From an uncultured Candidatus Saccharibacteria bacterium (GTDB lineage: Bacteria; Patescibacteriota; Minisyncoccia; Minisyncoccales; PWPS01), in the NCBI GenBank assembly GCA_964460255.1, contig CAYWPY010000001.1:1-56576 (forward strand): a stretch of DNA of 56,576 bases, in the 5' to 3' direction. Shown piece after piece: positions 8,633 through 17,369 of this stretch; within the stretch, counting starts at the first letter, position 1, and each line of letters starts with the position of its first letter. Position numbers and translations under genes: made by a program. The notes under the pieces were generated by a model. It had not been told where the DNA came from, ran no database searches, and was given only the letters and a program-made list of their open reading frames with translations.

Positions 8633-9853
8633 ATGAAAAATTTTGATAAAAAATTTGATAATTTCTTAGAAGAAAACTTTGAAGAAGCTTGTTCTTTTTT
8701 GCAAAAATTAGTTCAAACTAATAGTAGCAATCCAAACACTCCTGAAAATAGTAGTGCTGAAGATTCAATAGAGTTAGAAGTTGCTAAAAAAATTAAAGCT
8801 AAATTAAATAAAATAGGTTTCAACCCATCTTTTGTTGGTGTTTCAAAAAACAGGCCGAATATTGTCTGTAAAATAGGGGAGGCTAGTAACCCCGCTTTAA
8901 TTTTAAACGGACACATGGATACGGTTATGCCTTCAGAAAATTATAGTCTGGATCCGTTTTCCGGAAAAATTAAAGGAAATAAACTTTATGGTGTTGGTTC
9001 AGCTGATATGAAAGCTTCTTTAGTTAGTTTTATTTATATAGCAAAAGCAATTAAAGAGTTGGGGTTATCTTTAAATGGAAAACTTATTCTAACTTTTGTT
9101 GTTGATGAAGAGCCGGGCGGATGCTCTGATTATGGAACTAAATTTTTATTAAATAATGGAATTTCAGGAGATGGAGCGATTGTAGCTGAACCGGGAATGA
9201 AGAAAATAGCAATAGGCCATAAAGGTGGTTACAGATTTAAAATAACTACTTTTGGAGAAGCAGTCCATACTGGAATCAGTGATTGGGAAAAGAAAAAAAG
9301 AGGAAAAAACGCAATAGAATCAATGAGTGAAGTGATCCAAATTTTAAAAGGATTAGAAATTAATTTCAATCCTTCTCCAACTTTTCCGGGTAAAAAACCA
9401 GTTTTCACCTTTCCGACAAAAATAAAGGGAGGGACAGCGATAAATATGGTTCCGGAAAAGTGTGAAGCTTATGGTGATGTTAGACTTTTGCCCGGAATTA
9501 GCGGAGAAAAAGTTCGAGAGATAATAGAAGAGAAATTGAATAAAAAAGAGATAAAATATGAAATTAAAAATATAACCTCTGTTCCGGCAATTGAAACTTC
9601 TCCTGAGCAAAAGATTGTTAAAACTTTATCTAAAAATTACGAAGAAGTAATCGGTAAAAAACCAATTAAAAAAGGTTGCGGACCATGGAATGATGGATGG
9701 ATGTTCCATGAAAAAAATATTCCTGTTATTTGTGGATTTGGACCTAACGGTGAAAATGTACATGCTGCAGATGAATTTGTCTATTTAAAAAGCTTTAAAC
9801 AAGTGACTAAAATTTATTTAAAAACAATTATTGACTACTTGGGAGTTTCTTAA
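8633..9853 (+). CDS. M20-family metallopeptidase (ArgE/DapE/CPG2-type)
   Basis: Metal-ligand motifs NGHMDTV, GSADMKAS, VVDEEPGG. ATG 8633 is preferred over the ORF-track TTG 8606. Confidence 0.8.
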   Translation: MKNFDKKFDNFLEENFEEACSFLQKLVQTNSSNPNTPENSSAEDSIELEVAKKIKAKLNKIGFNPSFVGVSKNRPNIVCKIGEASNPALILNGHMDTVMPSENYSLDPFSGKIKGNKLYGVGSADMKASLVSFIYIAKAIKELGLSLNGKLILTFVVDEEPGGCSDYGTKFLLNNGISGDGAIVAEPGMKKIAIGHKGGYRFKITTFGEAVHTGISDWEKKKRGKNAIESMSEVIQILKGLEINFNPSPTFPGKKPVFTFPTKIKGGTAINMVPEKCEAYGDVRLLPGISGEKVREIIEEKLNKKEIKYEIKNITSVPAIETSPEQKIVKTLSKNYEEVIGKKPIKKGCGPWNDGWMFHEKNIPVICGFGPNGENVHAADEFVYLKSFKQVTKIYLKTIIDYLGVS

Positions 9854-9856
9854 GAT

Positions 9857-11101
9857 ATGAAAAAATACGCCATAAAAACTTACGGGTGTAAATTAAACCA
9901 AGCGGAATCCGGCAACCTTGAAGAGGTTTTAAATTTAAGTTTTAAAAAAAGCAATTTTAAAGAAGCGGATTTAATTATTATTAACAGTTGCGGGGTAATA
10001 AAAAAAACAGAATTACGAATTAAAAAAAGAATTAAGGAGTTTAAGAAAAAAGGTAAAACTGTAATTCTAACTGGATGCTTACCGTCTATAGTCGACGATT
10101 TAAAAGGGGAGGTTGATTTAATTTTAAAAGGAAACGATCCAAAAAAGTTTGAAAAATTAATCAATAATTATTTCAATTTAAAAAAAGAAAATAATTATAA
10201 AAAAATACCAACTAAAATAGAAAGTGAAAGCTGTTCTGCTATTGTTTCTGTCTCTAGCGGTTGCTTGGGTAGTTGCACTTACTGTGCGACTAAATTTGCT
10301 CGTAAAGATTTGGTGAGTTATTCGGAAGCTGAAATCATAAATAAAATTGAAGAACTTCTTTCTCAGGGAATAAAAGAAATTCAATTAACTTCTCAAGACT
10401 TGGCAATATACGGAAAAGAAAAAGGTGATTTTCTTTTGGTAGATTTATTAAAAAAGATTATCCATCTTGACTATAAATTCAGAGTCAAACTAGGAATGAT
10501 GAATATTCGCTTTCTGAAAAACTATTTGGATGACTTTTTGGATTTATTCACCAGTCCTAAAATTTATAATTTTTTACATATCCCGATCCAATCGGGGTCA
10601 GATAAAATTTTACAGGACATGAACAGAAAACACACCGTCAAAGATTTTATCAATCTTGTAGAGGCAATTAGAAGAGATTACAATGATTTTACAATTGCAA
10701 CCGATATAATAGTTGGCTTTCCTACTGAAAGTGATAAATTCTTCGATATGAGCTATAATTTATTAAAAGAATATAATCTAAGTATTGTTAACATAACCAG
10801 ATATTCGGAACGAGAAAATACTCTTGCCGCCAAGATGAAAGATATGCCCAGTAAAATTAAAAAAGAAAGATCTAGAAAATTAGCTAAGCTGACAAAAAAA
10901 CAAAGGCTTAAAGAAAATAAAAAGAAAGTGGGAAATGTTTATCCGGGATTAATCATTAGAAAGGGGAAAAATAATACTAAATTAGCTCGCTTGAATAATG
11001 GAAAAGCCGTTATCTTAGAAGAGGGAAAAATAGGAACTTTCAATAAAATAAAAATAGAAGATTATAAACATAATTATTTAATAGGACGTATTTATGATTA
11101 A
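9857..11101 (+). CDS. MiaB-family radical SAM tRNA methylthiotransferase (MtaB/archaeal-like type)
   Basis: N-terminal MTTase domain (YGCKLNQAES, NSCGV), radical SAM CLGSCTYC (CxxxCxxC), and a C-terminal TRAM-like segment. Confidence 0.85.
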   Translation: MKKYAIKTYGCKLNQAESGNLEEVLNLSFKKSNFKEADLIIINSCGVIKKTELRIKKRIKEFKKKGKTVILTGCLPSIVDDLKGEVDLILKGNDPKKFEKLINNYFNLKKENNYKKIPTKIESESCSAIVSVSSGCLGSCTYCATKFARKDLVSYSEAEIINKIEELLSQGIKEIQLTSQDLAIYGKEKGDFLLVDLLKKIIHLDYKFRVKLGMMNIRFLKNYLDDFLDLFTSPKIYNFLHIPIQSGSDKILQDMNRKHTVKDFINLVEAIRRDYNDFTIATDIIVGFPTESDKFFDMSYNLLKEYNLSIVNITRYSERENTLAAKMKDMPSKIKKERSRKLAKLTKKQRLKENKKKVGNVYPGLIIRKGKNNTKLARLNNGKAVILEEGKIGTFNKIKIEDYKHNYLIGRIYD

Positions 11102-12032
11102 TATATTATCTCGCTTTGGATTTGAAAAAAATTCAGAACTTATAAAAAAGCTTAATAATGAGCGATGCATAAATAAAATAATCGAGACCGGAGGGATCGA
11201 ACACACACCGATGGAAAAATTTTCTTCTCTTGAAGGTTATTCACCAGAAGAAATAAAAAGCGATAAAGAAAAGCTGAAAGAAGTTTATGATAAATTTGAA
11301 AATCGCAATCAAGAAATACCGGAAGAAAAACGAGAGGAATTGGAAAAAAGTCAAAAAAGAGGTGAAGCTTTGGAGATTGCTTTAACCCATTTGGTAGAAA
11401 AATGGTTTGCTTATGATGATTTGGAAGTGTTAACTCAAAGAACTACTGAATTTGACGACGTAGTTAACGGAACGGATATAATAGTTGAATTTAAAACACC
11501 CGATTCGATAGAAAAAGTAGCAATGACCATTGATGCTTCTCTTCATATAAGAGGAATTCAAAAAAAATTAAAGAAATGTTACCGAAAAATGACCGGCAAT
11601 GATCAAAAATTACAAGTAAAATACTTTCAATCTCAATTTAAAAATGAGGACAACGAAAAACACCACGGCCCGCTTAAGAATATAGTCTCTTTAGTTTCCG
11701 GGTTCGGTCCATATAATGCCGACCATTTATTTGAAGATTTTGCTGACTATTTGGAGCTAAAAAATAAGGACTCAGATCAAGCGAGTGATAAGCTGAATGA
11801 GCTGGCAGAAAAACCGATTAAAAAAATATTTATAAAAGAAATAGAAAAGCAGCTTGAATATTATATCGAAAATAAAGACAAACTAAGACCGGGTCTGATA
11901 AAAGAAGTAGAAAAGATAAATAAGATTATAAAAGACATAGCTCGAGAAACAGATTCAATTGTTTGTAATTTCAAAGAAAGTGATGATTCAGTATTAAATG
12001 AAGTTAAAAATTTTAGAAAGAAAATTAATTAA
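11094..12032 (+). CDS. hypothetical protein (highly charged, 312 aa)
   Basis: Long ORF overlapping the upstream gene by 8 nt. No family recognised. It contains GEALEIAL ... FDDVVNGTD-IIVEFK, loosely reminiscent of a PD-(D/E)XK core. Confidence 0.7.
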   Translation: MINILSRFGFEKNSELIKKLNNERCINKIIETGGIEHTPMEKFSSLEGYSPEEIKSDKEKLKEVYDKFENRNQEIPEEKREELEKSQKRGEALEIALTHLVEKWFAYDDLEVLTQRTTEFDDVVNGTDIIVEFKTPDSIEKVAMTIDASLHIRGIQKKLKKCYRKMTGNDQKLQVKYFQSQFKNEDNEKHHGPLKNIVSLVSGFGPYNADHLFEDFADYLELKNKDSDQASDKLNELAEKPIKKIFIKEIEKQLEYYIENKDKLRPGLIKEVEKINKIIKDIARETDSIVCNFKESDDSVLNEVKNFRKKIN

Positions 12033-12059
12033 AATATTTTTTGAATAAAAGAATTAAAT

Positions 12060-13238
12060 ATGCTATTCTTTAGAAAGAATATGATTAAAAAAACACAAAA
12101 ATTAGTTTTCGGAGTAGCTTTGTTAGCTCTATTTTTTGCATTTGGTTATTATACTGGAGTAGAACAAGAAAATATTAATAAGCCGGCAGAAGAAATTGAT
12201 CTTACCTTGTTTTGGGAGGCTTACAATCAACTTGAAAATAATTTTGTTAATCCCGATAAAATTAAAAATGAAGAAATAGTTTATGGAGCAATCCAAGGAA
12301 TGGTTAATTCGTTGGATGATCCACATACAAAGTTTTTTAGTCCCGAAGAAAGTAAAAAATTTCTAGAAGATGTTTCCGGGTATTATGAAGGTGTAGGAAT
12401 GGAAGTTGGGCTCAGAAATGACAGAATAGAGGTTATATCTCCAATAAAAAATACTCCCGCCGAAGCAGCGGGTGTTAAATCCGGAGATGTTATTACTGAA
12501 ATTGAAGACAGATCAACAGAAGATATGACTTTGGAGGAAGCGGTAAAAATAATGAGAGGAGAGCAAGGAACCGAAGTAACTATTAAAATTGCTCGTAACG
12601 GAGAAATTAAGACAATTAATTTACAAAGGGATAAAATACAAATTCCTTCCTTGGAATTTGAAGTTTTAGATGAAGATATTGCTTATCTAAAAGTACATTA
12701 TTTCCATCAAGATTTACATCATGAATTTAATAAATTGCTTCCTCAAATAACTTCTTCAAATACGGATAAAATGATAATTGATCTTAGAAACAACCCCGGG
12801 GGAGCACTTAATTCCGCTTTAGAGATAGCTGAATTTTTCTTGGATTCCGGAGATACGGTTGTTAAAAGTCAAAAATTAAATGGAGAAATAATTAAAGATT
12901 ATAAAGCAACGGGAAGTTCAGTTACTTTTGATCATGACCTGGTTGTTCTTTTAAATGAAGGGTCAGCCTCTGCTTCAGAAATAATGGCCGGCGCACTCCG
13001 TCATCATAAAAACGCAAAAATAGTAGGAGAAACTTCTTACGGAAAAGGATCAATTCAAACTTTAATTAATCTCTCCGATATGTCCAACTTAAAGGTAACC
13101 GTATCTCATTGGGTTATGCCTAATGACGAATTGATTGAAGATGTCGGTATAAAGCCGGATTATCAAGTTTCATTTGAGGAAGAAAGTGATGATGATGAAG
13201 ATCCACAATTAGAAAAAGCAATTGAAATAATTAAATAA
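12060..13238 (+). CDS. carboxy-terminal processing protease (S41 family, PDZ domain)
   Basis: N-terminal membrane anchor, PDZ segment (GVKSGDVITEIEDRS), and S41 catalytic region GSASASEIMAGAL and ETSYGKGSIQ. Confidence 0.85.
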   Translation: MLFFRKNMIKKTQKLVFGVALLALFFAFGYYTGVEQENINKPAEEIDLTLFWEAYNQLENNFVNPDKIKNEEIVYGAIQGMVNSLDDPHTKFFSPEESKKFLEDVSGYYEGVGMEVGLRNDRIEVISPIKNTPAEAAGVKSGDVITEIEDRSTEDMTLEEAVKIMRGEQGTEVTIKIARNGEIKTINLQRDKIQIPSLEFEVLDEDIAYLKVHYFHQDLHHEFNKLLPQITSSNTDKMIIDLRNNPGGALNSALEIAEFFLDSGDTVVKSQKLNGEIIKDYKATGSSVTFDHDLVVLLNEGSASASEIMAGALRHHKNAKIVGETSYGKGSIQTLINLSDMSNLKVTVSHWVMPNDELIEDVGIKPDYQVSFEEESDDDEDPQLEKAIEIIK

Positions 13239-13242
13239 AAAT

Positions 13243-13686
13243 ATGAAAGTTATATTACTTGAGAATATAAAAAAATTAGGAAAAAAATATGAAGTAGTAG
13301 AAGTTTCCGACGGTTACGCAAGAAATTTTCTTTTAAAAGAAAAAAAAGCTGAATTGGCTACGGAAGGAAATATTAAAAACATTGAAAAGCGAAAGCAACA
13401 AGAAAAAGTCAACGAAGAAAAAGAAAAAGAAGAAATCGAAAAAATCATTACTAAAATAAAAGGGAAAGAATTTGTTATTGAAACTAAAGTAGGGGATAAA
13501 GAGCAGTTGTATGAAGCAATAACAGCCGAAAAGATAGCTGATCATCTTCAAGAAAAAGGTTTTAATATCGTTACCGATCAAGTAAAATTAGATGAACCAA
13601 TAAAAAAATTAACGGAAAAAGAAATTAAAATAGCTTTTAAACACGATTTAAAAACAAAAATAAAAATAAAAATAAAAGAAGAATAA
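13243..13686 (+). CDS. rplI: 50S ribosomal protein L9
   Basis: MKVILLENIKKLGKKYEVVEVSDGYARNFLL matches the L9 N-terminal domain. 147 aa. Confidence 0.9.
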   Translation: MKVILLENIKKLGKKYEVVEVSDGYARNFLLKEKKAELATEGNIKNIEKRKQQEKVNEEKEKEEIEKIITKIKGKEFVIETKVGDKEQLYEAITAEKIADHLQEKGFNIVTDQVKLDEPIKKLTEKEIKIAFKHDLKTKIKIKIKEE

Positions 13687-15306
13687 ATGAAAAGATATAT
13701 TTTCGTCGCCGGCGGAGTAATGTCCGGGATAGGGAAAGGAGTTGCTACCGCTTCAATAGGAAGAATCTTAAAGAGTAAAGGTTATAAGGTTTCCGCGGTA
13801 AAAATAGATCCCTATGTCAATGTTGATGCGGGAACAATGAATCCGGTAGAACACGGCGAAGTTTTCGTCACTAAAGACGGAGGAGAATGTGATCAAGATC
13901 TCGGTAATTACGAAAGATTTTTTAATCAAGAGTTTACTACCGATAATTACATTACAACCGGAAAAGTTTATAAAGCGGTTATTGAGCGGGAAAGAAATCT
14001 TGATTATGACGGAAAATGTGTTGAAGTAGTTCCCGATATCCCAAAAGAAACAATAAAGCGAATAGAAAAAGCGGCTGAAAAAGATAATGCTGATTTTACT
14101 TTAATTGAAATAGGTGGAACAATTGGTGAATATCAAAACCTTTTATTTTTAGAAGCGGCTCGAATGATGAAATTAAAAAACCCCGATGGGGTTCTTTTTG
14201 TATTGGTTAGTTATCTTCCAACTCCAAAGACAATAGGGGAGATGAAGACGAAACCGACCCAAAACGCAAGCCGAAGTTTAAATGAAGCCGGAATACAGCC
14301 GGATATTATCTTAGGTAGAGCGGAAACTGCTTTGGATGAACCACGGAAGGAAAAAATCTCTAATTTTTGTAATATCGATAAAGATTATGTAATCTCGGCT
14401 CCTGATGAAAAATCAATATATACTATTCCCTTAAATTTTGAAAAAGAAAATCTGGGTGAAAAAATATTAAAAAAATTCAATTTAAAAGCGAAAAAAAGTA
14501 ATTTAAAAAAATGGCAAAATTTAGTTAAAAGTAGCCAAAAAACAACTAAAGAAGTAAATATTGGAATAGTTGGAAAATACTTTGAAACCGGAAATTTTAC
14601 TTTAACCGACTCTTATATTTCAGTGATTGAGGCGGTGAAACACGCCAGTTGGGATTTGGATTTAAAAGTTAATATAGATTGGCTTTTTTCTGAAGAATAT
14701 GAAAAAAATGATCAAAAAATAGAAGAAATAGATGATTATGACGGAATTATTGTTCCCGGTGGATTTGGAAGTAGGGGAGTGGAAGGTAAAATTAAGGTAA
14801 TTGAATATTGTAGAAAAAATAAAATCCCTTTTTTAGGGCTCTGTTTAGGAATGCAATTGGCGGTTATAGAATTTACTCGAAATGTATGTGGCTTGAAAAA
14901 TGTAAACTCTACTGAATTTGATAAAGATTGTCAAACACCGATAATTGACATAATGGAAGCACAAAAGAAGTTAATTGAAAATAAGAATTTCGGAGGGACA
15001 ATGCGCTTGGGTAATTATCAGTGTAAAATAAATAAAAAAAGTAAAGCTTACCAGCTTTACGGAAAAAAGAAAATATTGGAAAGGCATCGACACCGTTATG
15101 AATTTAATAATAATTATCTACCAGAATTAGAAAAAAACGGCCTTATTTTGGCCGGTAAAAATCCTGATAGTAATTTAGTGGAGATAATTGAACTTGCTGA
15201 TCATCCGTTTTTTATTGGAGTTCAATTTCACCCCGAATTTAAATCCGGACCATTGAATCCTCATCCACTTTTTGTTGGTTTTTTAAAAAGTATTAAAGAA
15301 CGTTAA
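13687..15306 (+). CDS. pyrG: CTP synthase
   Basis: N-terminal [10 protein letters not shown] synthase domain and a C-terminal glutamine amidotransferase ([21 protein letters not shown]). Confidence 0.97.
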   Translation: MKRYIFVAGGVMSGIGKGVATASIGRILKSKGYKVSAVKIDPYVNVDAGTMNPVEHGEVFVTKDGGECDQDLGNYERFFNQEFTTDNYITTGKVYKAVIERERNLDYDGKCVEVVPDIPKETIKRIEKAAEKDNADFTLIEIGGTIGEYQNLLFLEAARMMKLKNPDGVLFVLVSYLPTPKTIGEMKTKPTQNASRSLNEAGIQPDIILGRAETALDEPRKEKISNFCNIDKDYVISAPDEKSIYTIPLNFEKENLGEKILKKFNLKAKKSNLKKWQNLVKSSQKTTKEVNIGIVGKYFETGNFTLTDSYISVIEAVKHASWDLDLKVNIDWLFSEEYEKNDQKIEEIDDYDGIIVPGGFGSRGVEGKIKVIEYCRKNKIPFLGLCLGMQLAVIEFTRNVCGLKNVNSTEFDKDCQTPIIDIMEAQKKLIENKNFGGTMRLGNYQCKINKKSKAYQLYGKKKILERHRHRYEFNNNYLPELEKNGLILAGKNPDSNLVEIIELADHPFFIGVQFHPEFKSGPLNPHPLFVGFLKSIKER

Positions 15307-15565
15307 CCAGTTTAACTTTTTTACTCTTTCCGTTAAACTTTTTTTTGTTTTTGGTTTGAAATTCAACAATCCCATCTTTAATAGCGTACAGAGTGTCATC
15401 TCTACCTTTGCGAACATTTTTTCCGGGAATAAACTTTGTTCCTCGTTGTCTAACAATTATTGATCCCGCTTTTGCTTTTTGCCCACCGTAAAGCTTAACT
15501 CCTAAATATTTTGGATTTGAATCTCTTCCCAGTCTTGTTGTTCCAGACGATTTTGTTGTTGCCAT
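15293..15565 (-). CDS. rpmA: 50S ribosomal protein L27
   Basis: [29 protein letters not shown]...[12 protein letters not shown] matches L27. Its 3' end overlaps the pyrG 3' end by 14 nt (convergent). Confidence 0.93.
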   Translation of the reverse strand: MATTKSSGTTRLGRDSNPKYLGVKLYGGQKAKAGSIIVRQRGTKFIPGKNVRKGRDDTLYAIKDGIVEFQTKNKKKFNGKSKKVKLVNVL

Positions 15566-15580
15566 AGCTTTTTTTAAATT

Positions 15581-15781
15581 ATGAAATCTAAAGAAATAAT
15601 AACAAAATTAAGTACAATTGTCAATAAAAATAATTTTTGGTGGTTTTTAATAGTATTACTAACCGCAACTCTTTTTTATATGATTGGTTGGATTGATTGT
15701 AAAAAAGAAATGAAAGAACCGATTAAAATTGAAGATCCGGAAGAAATGTCTATAACTGACTTTTACTTTTTTAGATTTTAA
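15581..15781 (+). CDS. small single-pass membrane protein, hypothetical
   Basis: 66-aa ORF with one hydrophobic helix ([20 protein letters not shown]). No family recognised and no clear RBS. Confidence 0.4.
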   Translation: MKSKEIITKLSTIVNKNNFWWFLIVLLTATLFYMIGWIDCKKEMKEPIKIEDPEEMSITDFYFFRF

Positions 15782-15879
15782 AAAAATAAGAAAATAGGGG
15801 TCTTTAATTAAAAATTACACTTTTTTAAGAACAAGGGGCTCTGAGAGCTGATTAGAGCTATTTTTATAATGATTGTGAC

Positions 15880-16854
15880 TTACTGGTCATTATTTTTTTC
15901 TTTATTTTTTAAATTTTTGCCGCTATGATACTTTTTATGAATCTCTCGTAATTTTTTGCTCGTCATGTGGGTATAGATTTGGGTAGTAGAAATATTTTTA
16001 TGTCCCAAAAATTCTTGTATAACTCGTAAGTCAACACCTTGAGTCAATAAATCGGTAGCGTAACTGTGACGTAAAGTATGTGGAGTGGTTCCTTTTGGGA
16101 GTCCGGTTTTCTTTACGTATTTTTTTACGATGTTTTCTACCGATCTTGTTGATAATCTTCGGTCACCGGTTTTAGGACCTCGATAACGAATAAAAAGTGG
16201 CTTTAAATCATCGTTTCTGGTCGATAGATAATCATCTAAGGCATTAACGGCTCTTTGGGAAAAATAAACCGTTCTAGTTCGGTCTCCTTTACCGGTGACC
16301 ACGACTTCCAAGTCTTCAGTGTTGGTTTTTATATTTATTTGATCCTTATCCAGACCAACCAATTCAGCAACTCTAAGTCCGGTTGAAAATAAAGTTTCTA
16401 AAATTGCCTTATCTCTTAGACCGGTTCTTTTACTTAAATCGGGGGCATTTAATAATTTTTCAATTTGATCCAAGTTGAGAAACTTTAAAAAATCTTTTTC
16501 ATCCTCTTTCGTTAATTTTACTTTTTCTGCCGGAAGAGCTTCAATATTCCAATCGGCGAAAAAATTAAGTAAATTACGCAGGGCGATTAGATAATAGTTT
16601 CTTGTTTTCTTAGTAATCGGCTTGTTTTTATGGCTATTTTGATTTGATAGATAAACTCGATAATTCCAAATATGCTTGTCAGTTAGTTGGTGAGGTTTTA
16701 AATCTTGATTATTTGATTTTTTTAACCAATCCACAAAACGGGAGATAAAGCGGCGATAAGTATCTTGTGAGCTAGAGGACAAGCCTTTCTCAATATCTAA
16801 ATATTGATAAAATTGATCCAAATGTTCAATAATTGATTTATTTGATTTTTTCAT
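15880..16854 (-). CDS. Xer-type tyrosine site-specific recombinase
   Basis: 324 aa with an N-terminal core-binding (SAM-like) domain. Catalytic residues lie in GLRVAELVGL (Arg), HTLRHSYATDLL (HxxR) and GHKNISTTQIYTH (His...Tyr). Confidence 0.9.
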   Translation of the reverse strand: MKKSNKSIIEHLDQFYQYLDIEKGLSSSSQDTYRRFISRFVDWLKKSNNQDLKPHQLTDKHIWNYRVYLSNQNSHKNKPITKKTRNYYLIALRNLLNFFADWNIEALPAEKVKLTKEDEKDFLKFLNLDQIEKLLNAPDLSKRTGLRDKAILETLFSTGLRVAELVGLDKDQINIKTNTEDLEVVVTGKGDRTRTVYFSQRAVNALDDYLSTRNDDLKPLFIRYRGPKTGDRRLSTRSVENIVKKYVKKTGLPKGTTPHTLRHSYATDLLTQGVDLRVIQEFLGHKNISTTQIYTHMTSKKLREIHKKYHSGKNLKNKEKNNDQ

Positions 16855-16889
16855 AGGGTGGAATGGGTGAATTAAATTACCTATCTTAA

Positions 16890-16917
16890 ACTTCGATAAA
16901 TATACATTATGCGAAGT
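16890..16917. other. dif-like Xer recombination site (11-6-11)
   Basis: The minus-strand reading is ACTTCGCATAA-TGTATA-TTTATCGAAGT. It has 15 consecutive nt (CGCATAATGTATATT) identical to E. coli dif GGTGCGCATAATGTATATTATGTTAAAT, and 18/28 overall. The outer hexamers ACTTCG/CGAAGT are inverted repeats. It lies 36 nt upstream of the recombinase ATG. Confidence 0.6.
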
Positions 16918-16931
16918 TTATTATTTGTATC

Positions 16932-16961
16932 ATTCTAACAACTTTTCCACTACTCTGTCAA
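16932..16961 (-). promoter_or_regulatory. promoter candidate for the recombinase gene
   Basis: On the minus strand: TTGACA (16961-16956), 18-nt spacer, TAGAAT (16937-16932). This puts the dif-like site inside the transcribed leader. Confidence 0.45.
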
Positions 16962-17003
16962 TAGTCTTTCTTAAGCTCCTCTTATTAAATCTGTTAGTTA
17001 CTA

Positions 17004-17369
17004 CTACAAAGATGACAACCTTTTAACTCTTTCTACTTTTTTTTGAAAAGAGTTAAATAATGAATCTATAAATTGATTGAAAGCGTTTTTTATTTTTTTA
17101 GTTAATCTTTTAAAAAAGTTTTCTTTTCTGGTTTCTACTTGATCTTCGATTATTTTTTGTCTTCTTACAATTTCATCTTCCAAAAAAGAAAATACATTAT
17201 CAATTTGATTTAAGATTAAATCACCGACGGAAACTGCCGCTTCTCTAATTTCAAGCACTATTCCCCTATCGTGGTCTATTCCTATGATCTCAACATCTTC
17301 TTCCGAATAGACCAACTGAGAATTTAAAATAAAAGTAAAAATGATAATCAGTAGTAATATCTTTTTCAT
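17004..17369 (-). CDS. secreted or anchored small protein, hypothetical
   Basis: 121 aa with an N-terminal signal-like segment MKKILLLIIIFTFILNSQLVYS. ATGA overlap with the gltX stop. Confidence 0.6.
   Translation of the reverse strand: MKKILLLIIIFTFILNSQLVYSEEDVEIIGIDHDRGIVLEIREAAVSVGDLILNQIDNVFSFLEDEIVRRQKIIEDQVETRKENFFKRLTKKIKNAFNQFIDSLFNSFQKKVERVKRLSSL

Noticed and set aside
15826-15862. GCTCT...AGAGC hairpin between the small + strand ORF and the recombinase stop
   Set aside because: The stem is only 5-6 bp with competing pairings and has a weak T-run. That is not enough to call a terminator or a structured RNA.
8518-16961. Integrative element inserted at tRNA-Lys with the recombinase at its far end
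   Set aside because: The intervening genes are housekeeping (rplI, pyrG, ctp, MiaB-family enzyme). I saw no direct repeat of the tRNA 3' half downstream, and the site next to the recombinase looks like dif rather than attP/attB.
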